From NCBI RefSeq assembly GCF_009914755.1, contig NC_060925.1: DNA of 64,000 nt; one strand, written 5' to 3'. Position numbers and translations under genes: made by a program. Below, piece after piece: positions 1 through 12,109 of this stretch (position 1 is its first letter; every line of letters starts with the position of its first letter). The notes under the pieces are model-generated. The model did not search any database. It worked only from the letters and a program-made list of their open reading frames with translations, and was not told the DNA's origin. Source of the stretch: the human T2T-CHM13v2.0 reference genome, Homo sapiens.

Positions 1-44
1 TGGCAAAGAAACAATTGGATAGGAACAACTGGATAACATATGTT

Positions 45-1325
45 ATGTTGTGGTATTTTTAAAATTTTAATTTCCAATTCTTTCCTACTGGTATATGGAA
101 ATACATTTGATTTCTGTAAGATGATCTTATATCCTGCAACCTTATTAAACTGACTACTTAGCTATCATAGATTTCCTGTACATTCCATCAGATTTTCTGT
201 AACACATAGAGAATCATTTTATCTGTGAATAAAAACAGTTTACCTCCTTTTCCCATCTGAACACTGTTTGCTTATTTTTCTTGCTCCCATTGGATTGGTT
301 AAATCTCCAGTGCAATGTTGAATAGAGGTTGCAAGAGCAGATATTTGTGTTTTGTTCCTGATCTTAGAGGGAAGACACTAAGTCTTTCACCACTAAATAT
401 GACACTAGTTGTAGGTTATTTGTAGATGCCCTCTATCAGGTGAGAAAATATCTTTCTATCTTACTTTGCATAGAGTTTTTATGAAAAATGGATGTTGGAT
501 TTTGTCAAATGCTTTTTCTAAATCTATTATATGGTTTTTCTTTTTTAACTTGTTAATATGGTGAATTGCATTGAAAATCGATTAATTTTCAGATGTTAAA
601 CCCACCGTGCATTACTTATATACCCCTTAATTGGTCATAATGATATTATATCATTTTTATATACTTTTAAATTCAATTTGTTAAGATTTTATTTAGAAAC
701 TTTACATTTGTGTTTATGATAGATACTGGCCTGTAGCTTGCTTTATTAGTAAAATATTTTTCTGGTTTTGGGATCACAGTAATGCTGGCATCATGCAATT
801 AGTTAGGAAGTACTTCCTCTTTTCCATTGCCAAAAAAATTTGTTTAAAATTGGTAATTTTTTTTCTTAAGTGTTTGGTAGAATTCACCAGTGAAGCCATC
901 TGGGCCTGGAGTTCTCTCTGTGAGAGGTTTTTAGCTACAACTTCAATATTTAAAAATAAATATAGGGCTATTCAGGTTATCTATTTCTTCATGAGTGAGC
1001 TTTAGTAGTTTGTGTCTTTCAGGGAATTCATCTATTTCATCTAAGTTATTGAATTTAATGCCTTCAAGTTGTTCATAATATTCCCTTAATTATACTTTTA
1101 ACACCTATGAATACTATGATAGTTTTAACATCTGTGAATCTCTCTCATTCCTGATGTTGATCATTTTTGTCTTCTTTCTGTTTTCCTAACCAGTCTGACT
1201 AGGCATTTATTAATTTTATTGTCTCAAAAACCCAGCTCTTGGTTTCATTTATTTTCTCCATTCCTTTTTTGTTCTTATTTAATCATTTTTAAATTTTAAC
1301 CTGTTTGTGTCTTTATATTTGAAGT
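45..1325 (-). mobile_element. Old L1M (L1MB/L1MC-age) ORF2 fragment
   Basis: Antisense L1 ORF2 hallmarks (atgttgaatagagg, gttcctgatcttagagggaag, aattcaccagtgaagccatctgggcctgg); heavily diverged with no long ORF. Confidence 0.85.
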
Positions 1326-1339
1326 GTACTGGTCTTGAG

Positions 1340-1990
1340 AAGCTGCTGATTTTGCCTTTCAGCATCTATCCTCCTTCTTCTGATTTTCCATCAGGACTTC
1401 CCCACCTCCCTCAGTCTTCGTCTATGTGGTTTGACCAAGGTTTAGCACACACCCAGCTGCGGTGTGAGCATGTGAGCCAGTCCTGACCAATCAACGACTT
1501 CCATCCCCCTAGAAACAGTGTTACGCTCAGAGATGGGCACATGGCCCAGATGGGTCCTCAAGTTAGCCCTTGATTTCTTTATGTAAGTGAGTAAGAGGCC
1601 ACTGCTTTTCTTCAGGGCTGCTAAAGTGGCAAGGATGAGCATGAGTTGCTGGTGACCATCTAGGGAAGAGGCTGTCAGTGAAAGAAGCTAACACAGACAA
1701 ATACAGCAAGAAAAGGTGGAGAAAGTGAGACATAGAGAGGAAGCATGCACATGTCCTAGTCACATTGACTGTGAGACCCATGAAGACAGAGACCCTCTCT
1801 GTTTTGCTCCCTGCTATGTGCCCAGTGCCAAAACACTGCCTGCACAAACCCACTGCCTGACCCCAGAGCAAGGCAAGGCTAAAGCCAGCAGCCCCCCGAG
1901 ACTTCCCAGTTCCGTGAGCCAATCTGTTCCCCCTTCTGTTGCAGCCATTTTGGGTTGTGTTTCTAACACCTACAGCTCAAAGGTCCTAAT
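1340..1990 (+). mobile_element. ERVL LTR16-like solo LTR, with an L2 3' fragment inside at about 1765-1850
   Basis: catgtgagccagtcctgaccaatca...catccccct...gatgggcacatggcccag and a 3' end ttcccagttccgtgagccaat...gggttgtgtttct resembling recalled LTR16 consensus. Confidence 0.6.
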
Positions 1991-2499
1991 CCTGCTCTCT
2001 AGCCACCACCAGGGGAAGCACAGTGCCTGGTGCATACAGGAGCTAGGTAAACATCTGTGAAAAATAAAATAAATGAACCCCAAAATCCCTACCTCCCCTG
2101 GCCTCTCAGCACTCTTCCCCTTTCTCAGGAGCCCTCGTGCTACAAATAACCTAACTGGGACCTCAAAGCAGAGACCAACAAACGAGCAAACACCTGCTTC
2201 CCCAAAGCAGCAGCACCTGCTCCTTGGGCCCTTGGAAGAGAATGGCTAGGCTCAGGGAAGCAGTCAGTATTTGTGTGTGGGAGCAGCACCATGGGGAGAA
2301 ATGAGCTTAAGGCTATTCATCTGGGACTAGACATGACTCTCTTGGGCTACAGGATACTGCAATAAAAGGATAATCACATTAACTCTATGCATGTCCCCAA
2401 CACTTTACAATGTACAGACAATGAGTCCAAAGGAGAAGACTGGACTTCGGAGCTCAACAGGCCTGCACTGAAATCCCATCTGAAATCTGCCACTGACCA

Positions 2500-3020
2500 G
2501 CCGTGACCTGGGGCACTATCCCCACGTTACAGAGGAAACAGAGGATACTCAAGGTGATGTGACCTTCCCAAGATGACTCATGATTTAGAAGAATGGACTC
2601 TGACTCCCAGGCCAGTGCTCCATCCACTGCATCCTGGGCTTTCGGGGGAGCAGAGGTCCCAGAATCCCCCACATCCTGCCAGGGAGCCAGCTTCCTGAAC
2701 ATGTGTCATCAGGTGGGTCCCAGGATGCTCAGAAGGGTGGGAACTCTGCCGAGGACACTGAGGGCAAGTGTCCCAGGAAGGGAGCTGAGCCAGAACATCA
2801 TCCCTCACATTCCCACTGGCCACTGTGCTTTAACAAAACCATACTTTTATTTCCATCGCCATAGAATGCATGCACACATGCATGAATGAATAAACTCAAA
2901 TACATCATTATACCTGGAGGAAATGGAGTCCCTGAGAAGTCAAGTGATTTGCCCAAGGTCACACAGCCTGGGATGGCAGAGGAGGCCCAAACCCAAGCTT
3001 CTGCCACTAAGGCCCATTCT
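2500..3020 (-). mobile_element. Two MIR fragments (about 2500-2620 and 2900-3020)
   Basis: MIR core aagtgatttgcccaaggtcacacagc and ttacagaggaaacagagg. Confidence 0.7.
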
Positions 3021-3959
3021 CCTCCCCACCCCCCTACTGCCCCACAGAGCAAGGGGACAGAGTTTGGAAAGGAAGAGGCCAGCGTGGGCTGGAGGCATCA
3101 GGGAGGGCTTCCTGGAGGAGGGAGACCCCAATCTGGGCCCTGAAGGACACACTGGAGAGGAAGAGCATGCAGGGAGGGAGGCACAGCCTGCAGTTTGCTG
3201 CTCCCAAATCTTTAGGACTCTGGATTTCTCCACAAAGAGAGTCAAGGTCTTCCTGGATCTCCCCAAGACCCTCTCCCCAGAACAGGTGGAGCTACATCCA
3301 GGCAGGATGGGAGGGAGGCAGCTCCCAGGTAGAGGTGGTGGGTTGGGTAGAGCAGGAGCTACTGGGAACTTCCTGTTCACTTGGTTTCCGGACCAGGTGC
3401 ACCTGAATGGGAGCAGCGCCTTTGCCCATCTGCTGTGAGGGGGACCATGGTCTCACAAGTGCTTCTGATGAGGCCATTAGACCACATTCCATCAGCCAGT
3501 CAGCCCCACCAGCCACACAGACAATTGCTGCAAAGCACCTCATCAGCTGAGAACTGCACAGCCAAAAGGCCTTGTGATTTCCCTTGCAAATTCCCCCATG
3601 CCAGCAGTGTTCTTCAGAGGTAAGAATCCCCCCGTTATGTCCTTAGTTGGGAACATTAGACCCTTTCTCTTTCTTGCTCTGCCCCTGGAGCCCATTTCTC
3701 CGTGATGAGCCTGCAGAAGCAAAACAACATCACCTGGACATGAAAATACACATCAGCTCAGCTGCCCAGGGGTATTCTTGATGTGTGGGTGGGGCCCCCT
3801 AAGCTGGGGCTAGTTGGGCAGCCTGATGCCTGTCTGGGTGGAAAGCTCACCGATTCTCTGCACAGATCAGCTTTCCAGAGGTAGGCCCAGGAAGCTGAGC
3901 CAGCGATTCTTTAAAATCTCAAATCTCCTTTCCGCCATGCTCTCCCTCCCTCCCTCCCG

Positions 3960-4770
3960 TAGACGGACGTTTATTGATGCCTACTAGACGCAGACCCTGA
4001 GGTGGGCACTGGACTGTGTGGGTGACGGGGATGGCTGAGGCAGATTCCAGCCCTTGGGGGAAGCCTGTCTTGGGAGAGAAGCACACGAATCAGAGAAAAC
4101 CCTGCAGGGACAGCATCCGCTTATTTATTGACACTTTTGTTGAGCACCTACAGTGGGACAGCCACTGTGTTAGGGAAATTAAGCAAAACCATCCTGGTCC
4201 CTGCCTGATAAGGCTCACAGTCTAGAGGGAGAGACAGACACTAATCAATACGTCACACAAAGAAGTGTGAGCTTACACATGCAGTGAAGAAGTGGGGAGA
4301 TTTGAAGGAGACCAAGGAAGCCTTACCTGAGGACTGGAATGGCTGAACTGGGATCTGAAAGGAGAATAGGAGTTGGCAAGTGAGGGTGGGGAAGGGAGAG
4401 GGTTTCAGCCAGGGAACAGCATGTGCGGAGGCCCTGTCATGATGGCCAGCTGTCAGCAACCATGAAGAACTCCAAGGCCTGTGTGGTTGGAGGGCAGGGG
4501 GTCAGTAGGGGCTGTGAAACGAGGCTGGGGGTGGAGAGGTGAGGGCCAGACATCTAAGGGGCCTCAGATGCCACCTTAGGGATTTGGATCTTTGTCCCAA
4601 GAATAGCAACATCCCATTCAAGAGTTTTCAGTGGGGCCAAAGGACAGGGAGAGGATTGATGGGACAATAGTTGTGTTTCCAGAAAAATCCTGAGGTCACG
4701 ATGAGATGAATTGTGATGGAGGAAAGTGGGGGGACAGTGAAGTCTGAAGGAAGGAGTGACCAGCCTGGCT
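3960..4770 (-). mobile_element. L2 LINE 3' region fragments
   Basis: ttgagcacctac...ccactgtgttaggg...ggtccctgcc...gctcacagtctagagggagagacagaca and ccagggaacagcatgtgcggaggccctg, typical antisense L2. Confidence 0.75.
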
Positions 4771-5623
4771 TAGAGGGAGACACATGGCTTCCAGAGGAGG
4801 AGATGGGAACAATGAGCATCCACATCTGCGTGGTCTTCATTCAGCCATTCAATTCCTACCTGCAGCAGACCTCCTGCCATGCTCCAGGCCTTATGCTTGG
4901 TGCACGAGGTACTGTGAAAAGGAGATCAGAGGTCTCTCTTGTCTGGTGCAAAGAAAAGACAGGTCTCAGGTCTCAGCCAGGAATGTTTCCACATAAGCAT
5001 CAAAGCTCCTTCATGCCAGTCAAAGGGGTCTGAGGAAAGGACATGAGTGGCATTGTGGGTGTGAGGTGGGGCCAGGCCTTACAGTCTCATGTCCCTCCCA
5101 CTCATGTGATCATTGCTGACACATGGTCCTTCTTGGCCACCCACAAGGGGTGCCCTTTCAGCTGGCCCCCAAGTCCTCCTATTCTGAGTCCCACGTTTGC
5201 ACATTGGGAGCAGGAAGCTGAGTAGGCTCGGCTCAGGTGGTAGCAGCTGTAGAAGGAGGCTCCTGGCTCAGCAAAGCTGACATCCTCGTCCCCATCCTGA
5301 AGCTCAAAGAAGGGAAGATACTTTCCCAAGGTCACACAGCCACTAAGCAGCAGCACCACCATGCCAGGCTGGTGAAGACGTGAGGAGGAGTCATTGTGCA
5401 CAGAGGGCATTACCCACCCAGACCCTCATCCGATGACAAAGACAAGCACCACCAGACAGCCGGGCAGCCGGGTGGTTGATAACTACAGCAAATGCTATTG
5501 CGGACCTACTGTGGTTCTGGTCCTTCATGTCCTGCTAGTTTATTTCCTCTTCACAAGAACTCTGTGGAGATGGATCAGCCAAAATGATGCTAGGCAACTG
5601 CTAGAAAATGCAACGCTTTTGAC

Positions 5624-6051
5624 TGTTAAAGCAAACTAAGTAGGGCCTGAGAAGTACTCTGTACGCCTATATTTGAGTCCTTGTGGACAAACTGCAAACC
5701 TCCTTAATAGGTAGACAAGATTGAAAACCTAACTTAGGAGTATGCTCCTGTAACAACAGGTGAGTCTTGGCCAATCCCAGAAGCCATACTTCAGCCATTC
5801 ATACACTGCTGAGTATACAAACCGTATTCAAACGGGGCACATGCCGAGCTACAACCAATCCAGCTGTTTCTGTTACTTCTGATTTCTGTACATCACTTGC
5901 CTTTTTTTGTCTATAAATTTGTTCTGACCACAAGGCATCCCCGGAGTCTCTCTGAATCTGCTGTGATTCTTGGGGCTGCCCAATTCCTGAATCATTCATT
6001 GTTCAATAGAACTCCTTTAAATTTAATTCAGCTGAAGTTTTTCTTTTAACA
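5624..6051 (+). mobile_element. ERV1 solo LTR, MER57-like
   Basis: TG...CA termini (tgttaaagcaaactaa ... ttcttttaaca), 428 bp, CCAAT and TATA (ctataaat) motifs; flanks tgac/caac fit a CpG-decayed cgac TSD. Confidence 0.8.
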
Positions 6052-6084
6052 CAACCAGTAGCATTTACTGAACTTACTTACAAG

Positions 6085-6470
6085 GCTGCAGCTGCACAAC
6101 CTTCTGATTTGGGCTGGGCTTGCTCGTGCAACTGTGGTCAGCCCAGGGGTCAGCTGTGGGTTGGCTGTGCTGGTCATAGCAAAGACAGAGGGGCAGAGTC
6201 AGCTCAGCTCCACAGGGTCTTTCAGCCTCCAGCAGGCTGGCCCAGGCTTGTTCTGGAGGTCACAGGGATTCAAGAGAGTCAGTGAAAGTGTTCAAGGCCT
6301 CTGGAGGCCTAGGCTGCTGCTTCCACCCCATTCTATTGTCCAGAATAAATCACAAGGCCAAATTCAAGAGGTAGGGACAGAGATTCCACTTCTTAATAGG
6401 AAGTGAGCTGAAGACTCATATTGCAAGAGATGTGAACACAGGGAGGCATGGAGACTCAAAGTTCTTTAGC
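6085..6470 (-). mobile_element. MLT1-family (ERVL-MaLR) LTR fragment
   Basis: cttccaccccattctattgtccagaataaatcacaaggcc...attcaagaggtagggacagagattccacttcttaataggaag. Confidence 0.7.
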
Positions 6471-7839
6471 AAGCAAACTATCACAAGGTAGGTATTTTTA
6501 TAACATCCCACTGAGGCCCAGAGAGGTTCAGTGACTTGCTCAAAGTCAGACAGCTACCAAGGGGCAATGGTGAGGTTTGGGCCCAGGGCTGTGCCCTTCT
6601 CTACAACTCTGCTGCCTCTTAAAAGCTGTGAGCAAACCAAGGACAGAGAAGCCCAAGGCCTTGGGCTTCGGGGATGGAGCATATCTACTACACACCAGAC
6701 CTTATGCTGGATGCAAGGGGTACAGTGAAGACTAAGAATGGCTGAGTCACTGTCCTTGTGGAGAGCTATATTCCAATGGGGCAGAGAGAGCACACAATTC
6801 CCTGGTGGGCACCAGGCCCAGCTCTGCTGCCAAGTGGAGGGTCTGGATTAGATTCAGTCATTCATTCATTCACCCATCTGTTCAATCAGTATGACCTTGG
6901 AAATGCATCCCTTTGACATGCTCTGCCCTGGCATTTGTCTGTTAAGCTCAGAAGTCTTCTGCTCTAGGAAGCCCCTGTGATCCTTAGGGCCAGTTGCTCT
7001 AGACATTTTGCTTTCACAGGCCCGTGGAAGTGTCCTTGGATTGTTAATTTCTGCATTGTCCCCTCACCCACCTCCACCCTCAGGGTCCCATGACGGAGCC
7101 AGACCCTCAAGAGCAGGCAGGCATCACATCTTTATCTCCATCTTCTGTCACCTTTCCTGGGCAGGAAGCTCTAGGAGGCTCCCTGGGCCTAGGACATTGA
7201 GGACTCATAGCAGAAGCTCACGAGTTGTGGATAGAAGGAAAAAGGGAAGGGGGGCGGTGTGGGGACTAAGTGGCCTTGCTTCCGATGCAAATTAGAACTG
7301 GAGGCAGAGGAGAAAATTGGCAATTAATAGGTTGTGGGAGTGAGGGCACTCAGAAAAGATTCAATATTAAAAATGGTCACACGGTGACCTATGACATTTT
7401 ACTTAATCAGAAGCAAATTACTCTGCACCCTGGAGCTTTTTAGTGCAGAATATTTCTTACATGGCCCTTTCATGCTGAGCTGGACACGCTCCAGATGGCA
7501 GAAGGCAGGGAGAATCCCAGCATCTCAGCCCAGGGACCAGCAGAGGCTCTATGTGAGCTGCTGTGAGCATCCTCCGCTCCTCACCAGCCGTGGGAACCAG
7601 AAACAGAAGGAGCCGCTCAGCCTCTCCCGCCTGGAAACTCGCCCTCCCTCCCCTATCGGGGCCACCTCTGAGAATTCAGATTAGGCCCCACCCTCTTCCA
7701 GGAAGCCTCCTGGATGGCCCCACCTGCTGGGTAGGGGCTCCCAGTGCCCACTGTGAACGTTGACTGCCCAGCGTGGAGTCAGACTGGCTGGGTCCTGCGT
7801 TCTAGTCCCTCATGGCTCAGGGGGTGTTGCTGGCCCATG

Positions 7840-7940
7840 GGCATCATCTGGAGACTTGTCAGAAATGCAGAATGCCAGGCCCCACCCCAGACCAGAATCT
7901 GAATCTGCACCTTAATGAGTTTCCTGGGTGATCTATGACC
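7840..7940. mobile_element. MER5A-like hAT-Charlie fragment
   Basis: gcatcatctggagacttgtcagaaatgcagaat...aggccccaccccagacc...gaatctgcaccttaa. Confidence 0.7.
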
Positions 7941-8884
7941 CTGCCCTTGGCCACATCCCTGATGACTGGCACCCCCCGGCCCCTGGAGTTCAGGGAATTC
8001 ACTCTTTCCTCAGAGTTTGCTGCAAAGACTGACCCATTCATCACAGTGGTGAAGAGCCCTGTGCTTGTCACTTAGACTGGGTGAGGATCCTGGGTTTGCC
8101 CTCTCTAGCCTGTGACCTTGGCAAAGGTCCCCTCTGACCTGTTTTCTGTACCCGGAGCTTTTTAAATTTTCTCTTGCCTCCAGGCCTCTGAAGTATTGCT
8201 CCCTCTGCCCGCAACCCCCTTTCTACTTTCCTCACCTGGCTAATGCCTATGCCTCCTCAATCTCAGTCTCACACTCCCTGGGGAAACCCCTGAGATCCCC
8301 CAGCCTGGGTTTGGTCCCGGCCTCCTGTATGCCCCTCTGGTCATAAGGGGCCCCTCCCCCTTTAGCCTCTAAGTGCAGGTTCTGAGAGCATCGGGGTCAC
8401 TGCTGCATTCCCATGCCTAGTACAGAGTCCAGGGCACAGAGATGCCCAGCAGAGGGTGAACAGGTGCAGGAGAGAGTGAGTGACCCCTCTCCAGCACAGT
8501 CTGTCTCCTCCCTCACAGAGTGGCCGTGATGATGCTCAGAGGGATTCCAGGTAAATGGTCCCGAACACAGAAGGCTCTCGGCAGGTATTGCTCCCACCCC
8601 TACTTCTCCAACAGGAGGAAATGATGGGAAAGAAATCAACTCTGGCTTGAGTGAACTGCGCCCGGCTGCAGAGCCTGAAGGTGGTACAAGTTGGTCTGTA
8701 TGGGATCAGTGATGGGATCAGTGGGACCTCAAGTAAATAGTGTCGGGCTGTCCTGCAGCCTGAACACCAACAGCCTGAGGGGGTGGGGAATGGTGCCGCC
8801 TCTCTCTGCAGAGACACCTCCAGGGAGCTATGAAAACTCACTTGTCAGGCAGTGTGCACTTGTCAACAAGCAGCAGTAGATGCA

Positions 8885-8955
8885 TTTGTAACATTTTTGC
8901 CTCAGACTCTCAATATTTATCTCAATAAACATAAGTCTGGTGTTTTTTTTTCTTT
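8885..8955 (+). terminator. Candidate cleavage/polyadenylation site
   Basis: TGTA at about 8887, AATAAA at 8924-8929, downstream GT/T-rich tract ggtgtttttttttcttt; non-repeat sequence. Confidence 0.4.
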
Positions 8956-9182
8956 CCCCATCCCTCTGCTATAAAATGCTTAGAGTCAACAGTGCATGAT
9001 GAAGGGTTGATATGCAGGGTTTCTAGAGGATTCATTTTTAGGGAATTCCACCGAGTTCCATCAGCCGTACTCCCCTTCCAGCAGAGCCCAGCAGATCAGG
9101 AGGCAAGCTGGGGTGGGGGAGCTGAAAGAAGGGAGGTGGGTGCAGCTCTGGCAAGGAGCTGTCCACTGGGTAGGCTTGTTTG

Positions 9183-9386
9183 GGTCTCGGAGCTGTGGCA
9201 GGGCCAAAGGGAAGGGCCCAGACAGACTGTGACCCCCTTTAGATCTCATTCTGGGACCCTAGAATTCCGTGCCCAAGTGACCCTGAGCTGCCTCCAGGAG
9301 CCTGCCTGTCCATCTTGCCAGGGTCTAGGTTGCAAAGGAGACCTGAGGGTAAACACTGTTCCCAGAGCCCACACCCCAGGCCCAGG
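9183..9386 (+). repeat. Local duplication copy A (partner at 11584-11926)
   Basis: 9202-9370 aligns ungapped to 11741-11909 with about 17 mismatches in 169 bp. Confidence 0.9.
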
Positions 9387-9687
9387 TGCAGCTGAAGGTC
9401 CACACCCAGCCAGACTGCTCACAGCCTGCCTTCTCCACGTCCATCTGGAGCTTCTGGCTTGTGCTGAGGGGGTGGTTATATATGGGGTAGTCTTTGGAGC
9501 TGCCAGGTGGGGCTGGGGCTGGGCTGAGGAGCCAGAGATCCTAGCTGAAGGTCCTCACACAGGCAGCAGCATGCCCTGTAAATGCTGTCATTTTCCAGGT
9601 GGGCCCTGAGGACAGGAAAAGGTCAGGGATATGTGGTCCTGCTCTGTGCTGGAAGTCCTCTTGTGCAAGCATGGAACCAAGATGGCT

Positions 9688-9765
9688 GTTGTGATGGTGC
9701 TGGTGGTGCTGGTGATGCTGCTGGTGCTAGTGGTGCTCGTGGTAGTGGCGGCAGCGGTGGCTGGT
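9688..9765. repeat. Degenerate (GGT/GCT)n trinucleotide low-complexity tract
   Basis: gtgatggtgctggtggtgctggtgatgctgctggtgctagtggtgctcgtggtagtggcggcagcggtgg. Confidence 0.8.
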
Positions 9766-10464
9766 TTCATCAGAACCACAACTAGACTTGATTCCTCAGG
9801 ATGTCTGCACACAAAGGGAGCTCCAGGGAGTTGTTGTGTTAGTGTCCTTAGATCTCCCCTTGAATCCTGTTTAGCCCCCTCTCTGGAGACCTGAGTCAGG
9901 CTCCATCTGAGCCTTCCTGGCCCCTTTTACCCTTTAGTTGGGATCACAGGGGTTCCTGTATCCTGTTATGTGCTTGCTTGTCCTAAGGCTCCCCTGGGCC
10001 TTCAAGAAGCAAGGCTTATTTTTTGTTGTCACAACAGGCCCAGCTGTGGGCCCCATTAAGTCAATAACACTACAAAAGAAAAGGGGGCATCAGTTACAGA
10101 GACATTGGGGTTAAGGAGGCCTAAAGGGGGCATGGACCACAATTCTGGTCTCTCCTGAGCCTCACTACATCACCTCTAAAGCAGGAGTTGCAACAGTGAT
10201 GGTCTAAGGCTGGGTGAGTGTTAAATGGGAGCAGGGGAAAGTGCCCAGAGCAGAAGTGACCCTGGTCACAACTGCTGACCCCTATGACCTTGGGCAGGTT
10301 GAGCTGCAGTTTCCTCGTCCATAAAATGGGGAGAATGCCACAATTTTCCCATAAATTCACTGAAAGGATGAAAAGAGCTCATCACATCCCCTGATTCCTG
10401 CATCATGCACCTCGGCCCCACCCAAGGACACTGATGCCTCACACATCCTCCTTTCTTAGGCCCC

Positions 10465-10817
10465 TGTATTCGTCAGTTTAACTCTGCTAATAAAGACATA
10501 CCCAAGACTGGGTAATTTACACAGGAAGAAGGTTTAATGGATTCACAGTTCCACATGGCTGGGAAGGCCGCGCAATCATGGCAGAAGGCAAGGAGGAGCA
10601 AGTCACGTCTTACATGGATGGCAGAAGGCAAAGAGAGAGCTTGTGCAGGGAAACTCCCCCTTAGAAAACCATCAGATCTCGTGAGACTTGTTGACTATCA
10701 TGAGAATAGCACAGGAAAGACCTGCTCCTGTGATTCAGTTACCTCCCACCGAGTCCCTCCCACAACATGTGGAAATTCAAGATGAGATCTGGGGGGGAAC
10801 ACAGCCAAACCATTTCA
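10465..10817 (-). mobile_element. THE1B-like MaLR solo LTR
   Basis: tgtatt...ataaagacatacccaagactggg...acagccaaaccatttca; 5-bp TSD gcccc at 10460-10464 and 10818-10822. Confidence 0.9.
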
Positions 10818-11409
10818 GCCCCCGAAAGAGGCTGCCCTTAGGCTCACCATAATTAGAAGCCCCAGGCTCTGAGGCTGGGCTGTGGGTGGGGGGAACAAAG
10901 ATCTTGATGCTTATCTAGAGCAGACTAAAGGGACCCAGTTACAGGGAGTGGCTCGAAGCTTTATTGACTTCTCATAAAGCCAAACAGTCTGTGAAAGTCA
11001 TTGCTAATTTCATCACCATCATTTTAAGTGCAGTCATTACCCAAAAGCTCCAGGTGCTTAGAGAAACAACCACCAATACGGCTACTACCTCTGTGCCTCT
11101 GGAACTTTGTTCTACCCTGGAGCTCCACATATGTTGCAGATGTTTATTTTAAAACCAAGGGGTCTCAGCTGTATGAGGGAGAGGAGACTATGCCACCACA
11201 GGACAGCTAGGTGAGCCTGTGCAGGCTAGGGCCAGCATCAGGGATCCAATTAGGCCCAGGGATGGCCTGGCAGGAGCATTCGTCACAGGGTGAGAATCAT
11301 GGGCAAACTCCTCAGCCAGCCATGCAGGTCTGAGTCTGCTGATGTGAGCCAGAGTCCCCAAGGTCTGCAGACAGAACAAGTGCGAACCCACAATGCTGGC
11401 TCGCAATTA

Positions 11410-11990
11410 GTAACCAGCATTTCCTGAGCACTTATGATGGGCCAGGCACTATTCTAAGATTTTTATATTTATGTGTTCATTGCATCCCCTCTACAACCCA
11501 GGAAGTATAGATTCTATTATTGTCCACAATTCACAGACGAGGAAACGGAAGTAAGCAGAGTGAAGTGACCTGTTCAATGGCCTGGATCTTGGAGCTATGG
11601 CAAGGGTTGGGGAAGGGAGGTGACAAATGTTTAGGGTAGAACTGCCCTTAAGCCAGGATACCAGAGTCCCCTGTGCTTTGGAGGGTCGCATCTGGGCTGT
11701 CTCCCACCATGCTCTGCCCCATGGGGTGAAGAATCTGCAAGGCCAAAGGGAAGGGCCCAGACAGACTGTAACCCCCTTTACATATCATTCTGGGACCCTG
11801 AAATCCTCTGCCCAAGTGACCCTGAGCTGCCTCCAGGAGCCTGCCTGTCTGTCTTGCCCAGGTCTGGGTTGCAAAGCCAACCTGAGGGTAAACACTGTCC
11901 CCAGAGCCCTCAATCCCAGGCACCGGTAGTAGGTGGCAGAACTGAGATTTGAACTCTGGGCATCTGGCTTCAGACCTGCACTAAGGCACT
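11410..11990 (-). mobile_element. MIR split by an inserted segment of about 340 bp (11584-11926)
   Basis: MIR runs gagcacttatgatgggccaggcactattctaag...gaagtgacctgttcaatggcc, then resumes at gtaggtggcagaactgagatttgaactc. Confidence 0.75.
11584..11926 (+). repeat. Local duplication copy B
   Basis: About 90% identical to 9202-9370; 11585-11606 also matches 9183-9203. Confidence 0.9.
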
Positions 11991-12109
11991 GTTATAAAGT
12001 CCAGATTTCCCAACCCAGTACAGAAAATATTTAAAAATCAGGCACCTTTTAAAATGTATTGGTGAGCTTTTGTTGCATAACAAAGCACCCCATCATGAAT
12101 TGGCTTAAA

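Noticed and set aside
9423-9605. Minus-strand exon candidate with good branch point and acceptor (ccctgac...cctcag) and a GTGAGC donor
   Set aside because: All three frames contain stops, so it is not a coding exon; no other support for a transcript
8992-9609. 205-aa plus-strand ORF
   Set aside because: Non-ATG start, GC-rich, no recognisable protein features; overlaps the local duplication
9588-9894. Thr-rich mucin-like ORF (-) and hydrophobic TM-like ORF (+)
   Set aside because: Both are translations of the degenerate trinucleotide tract
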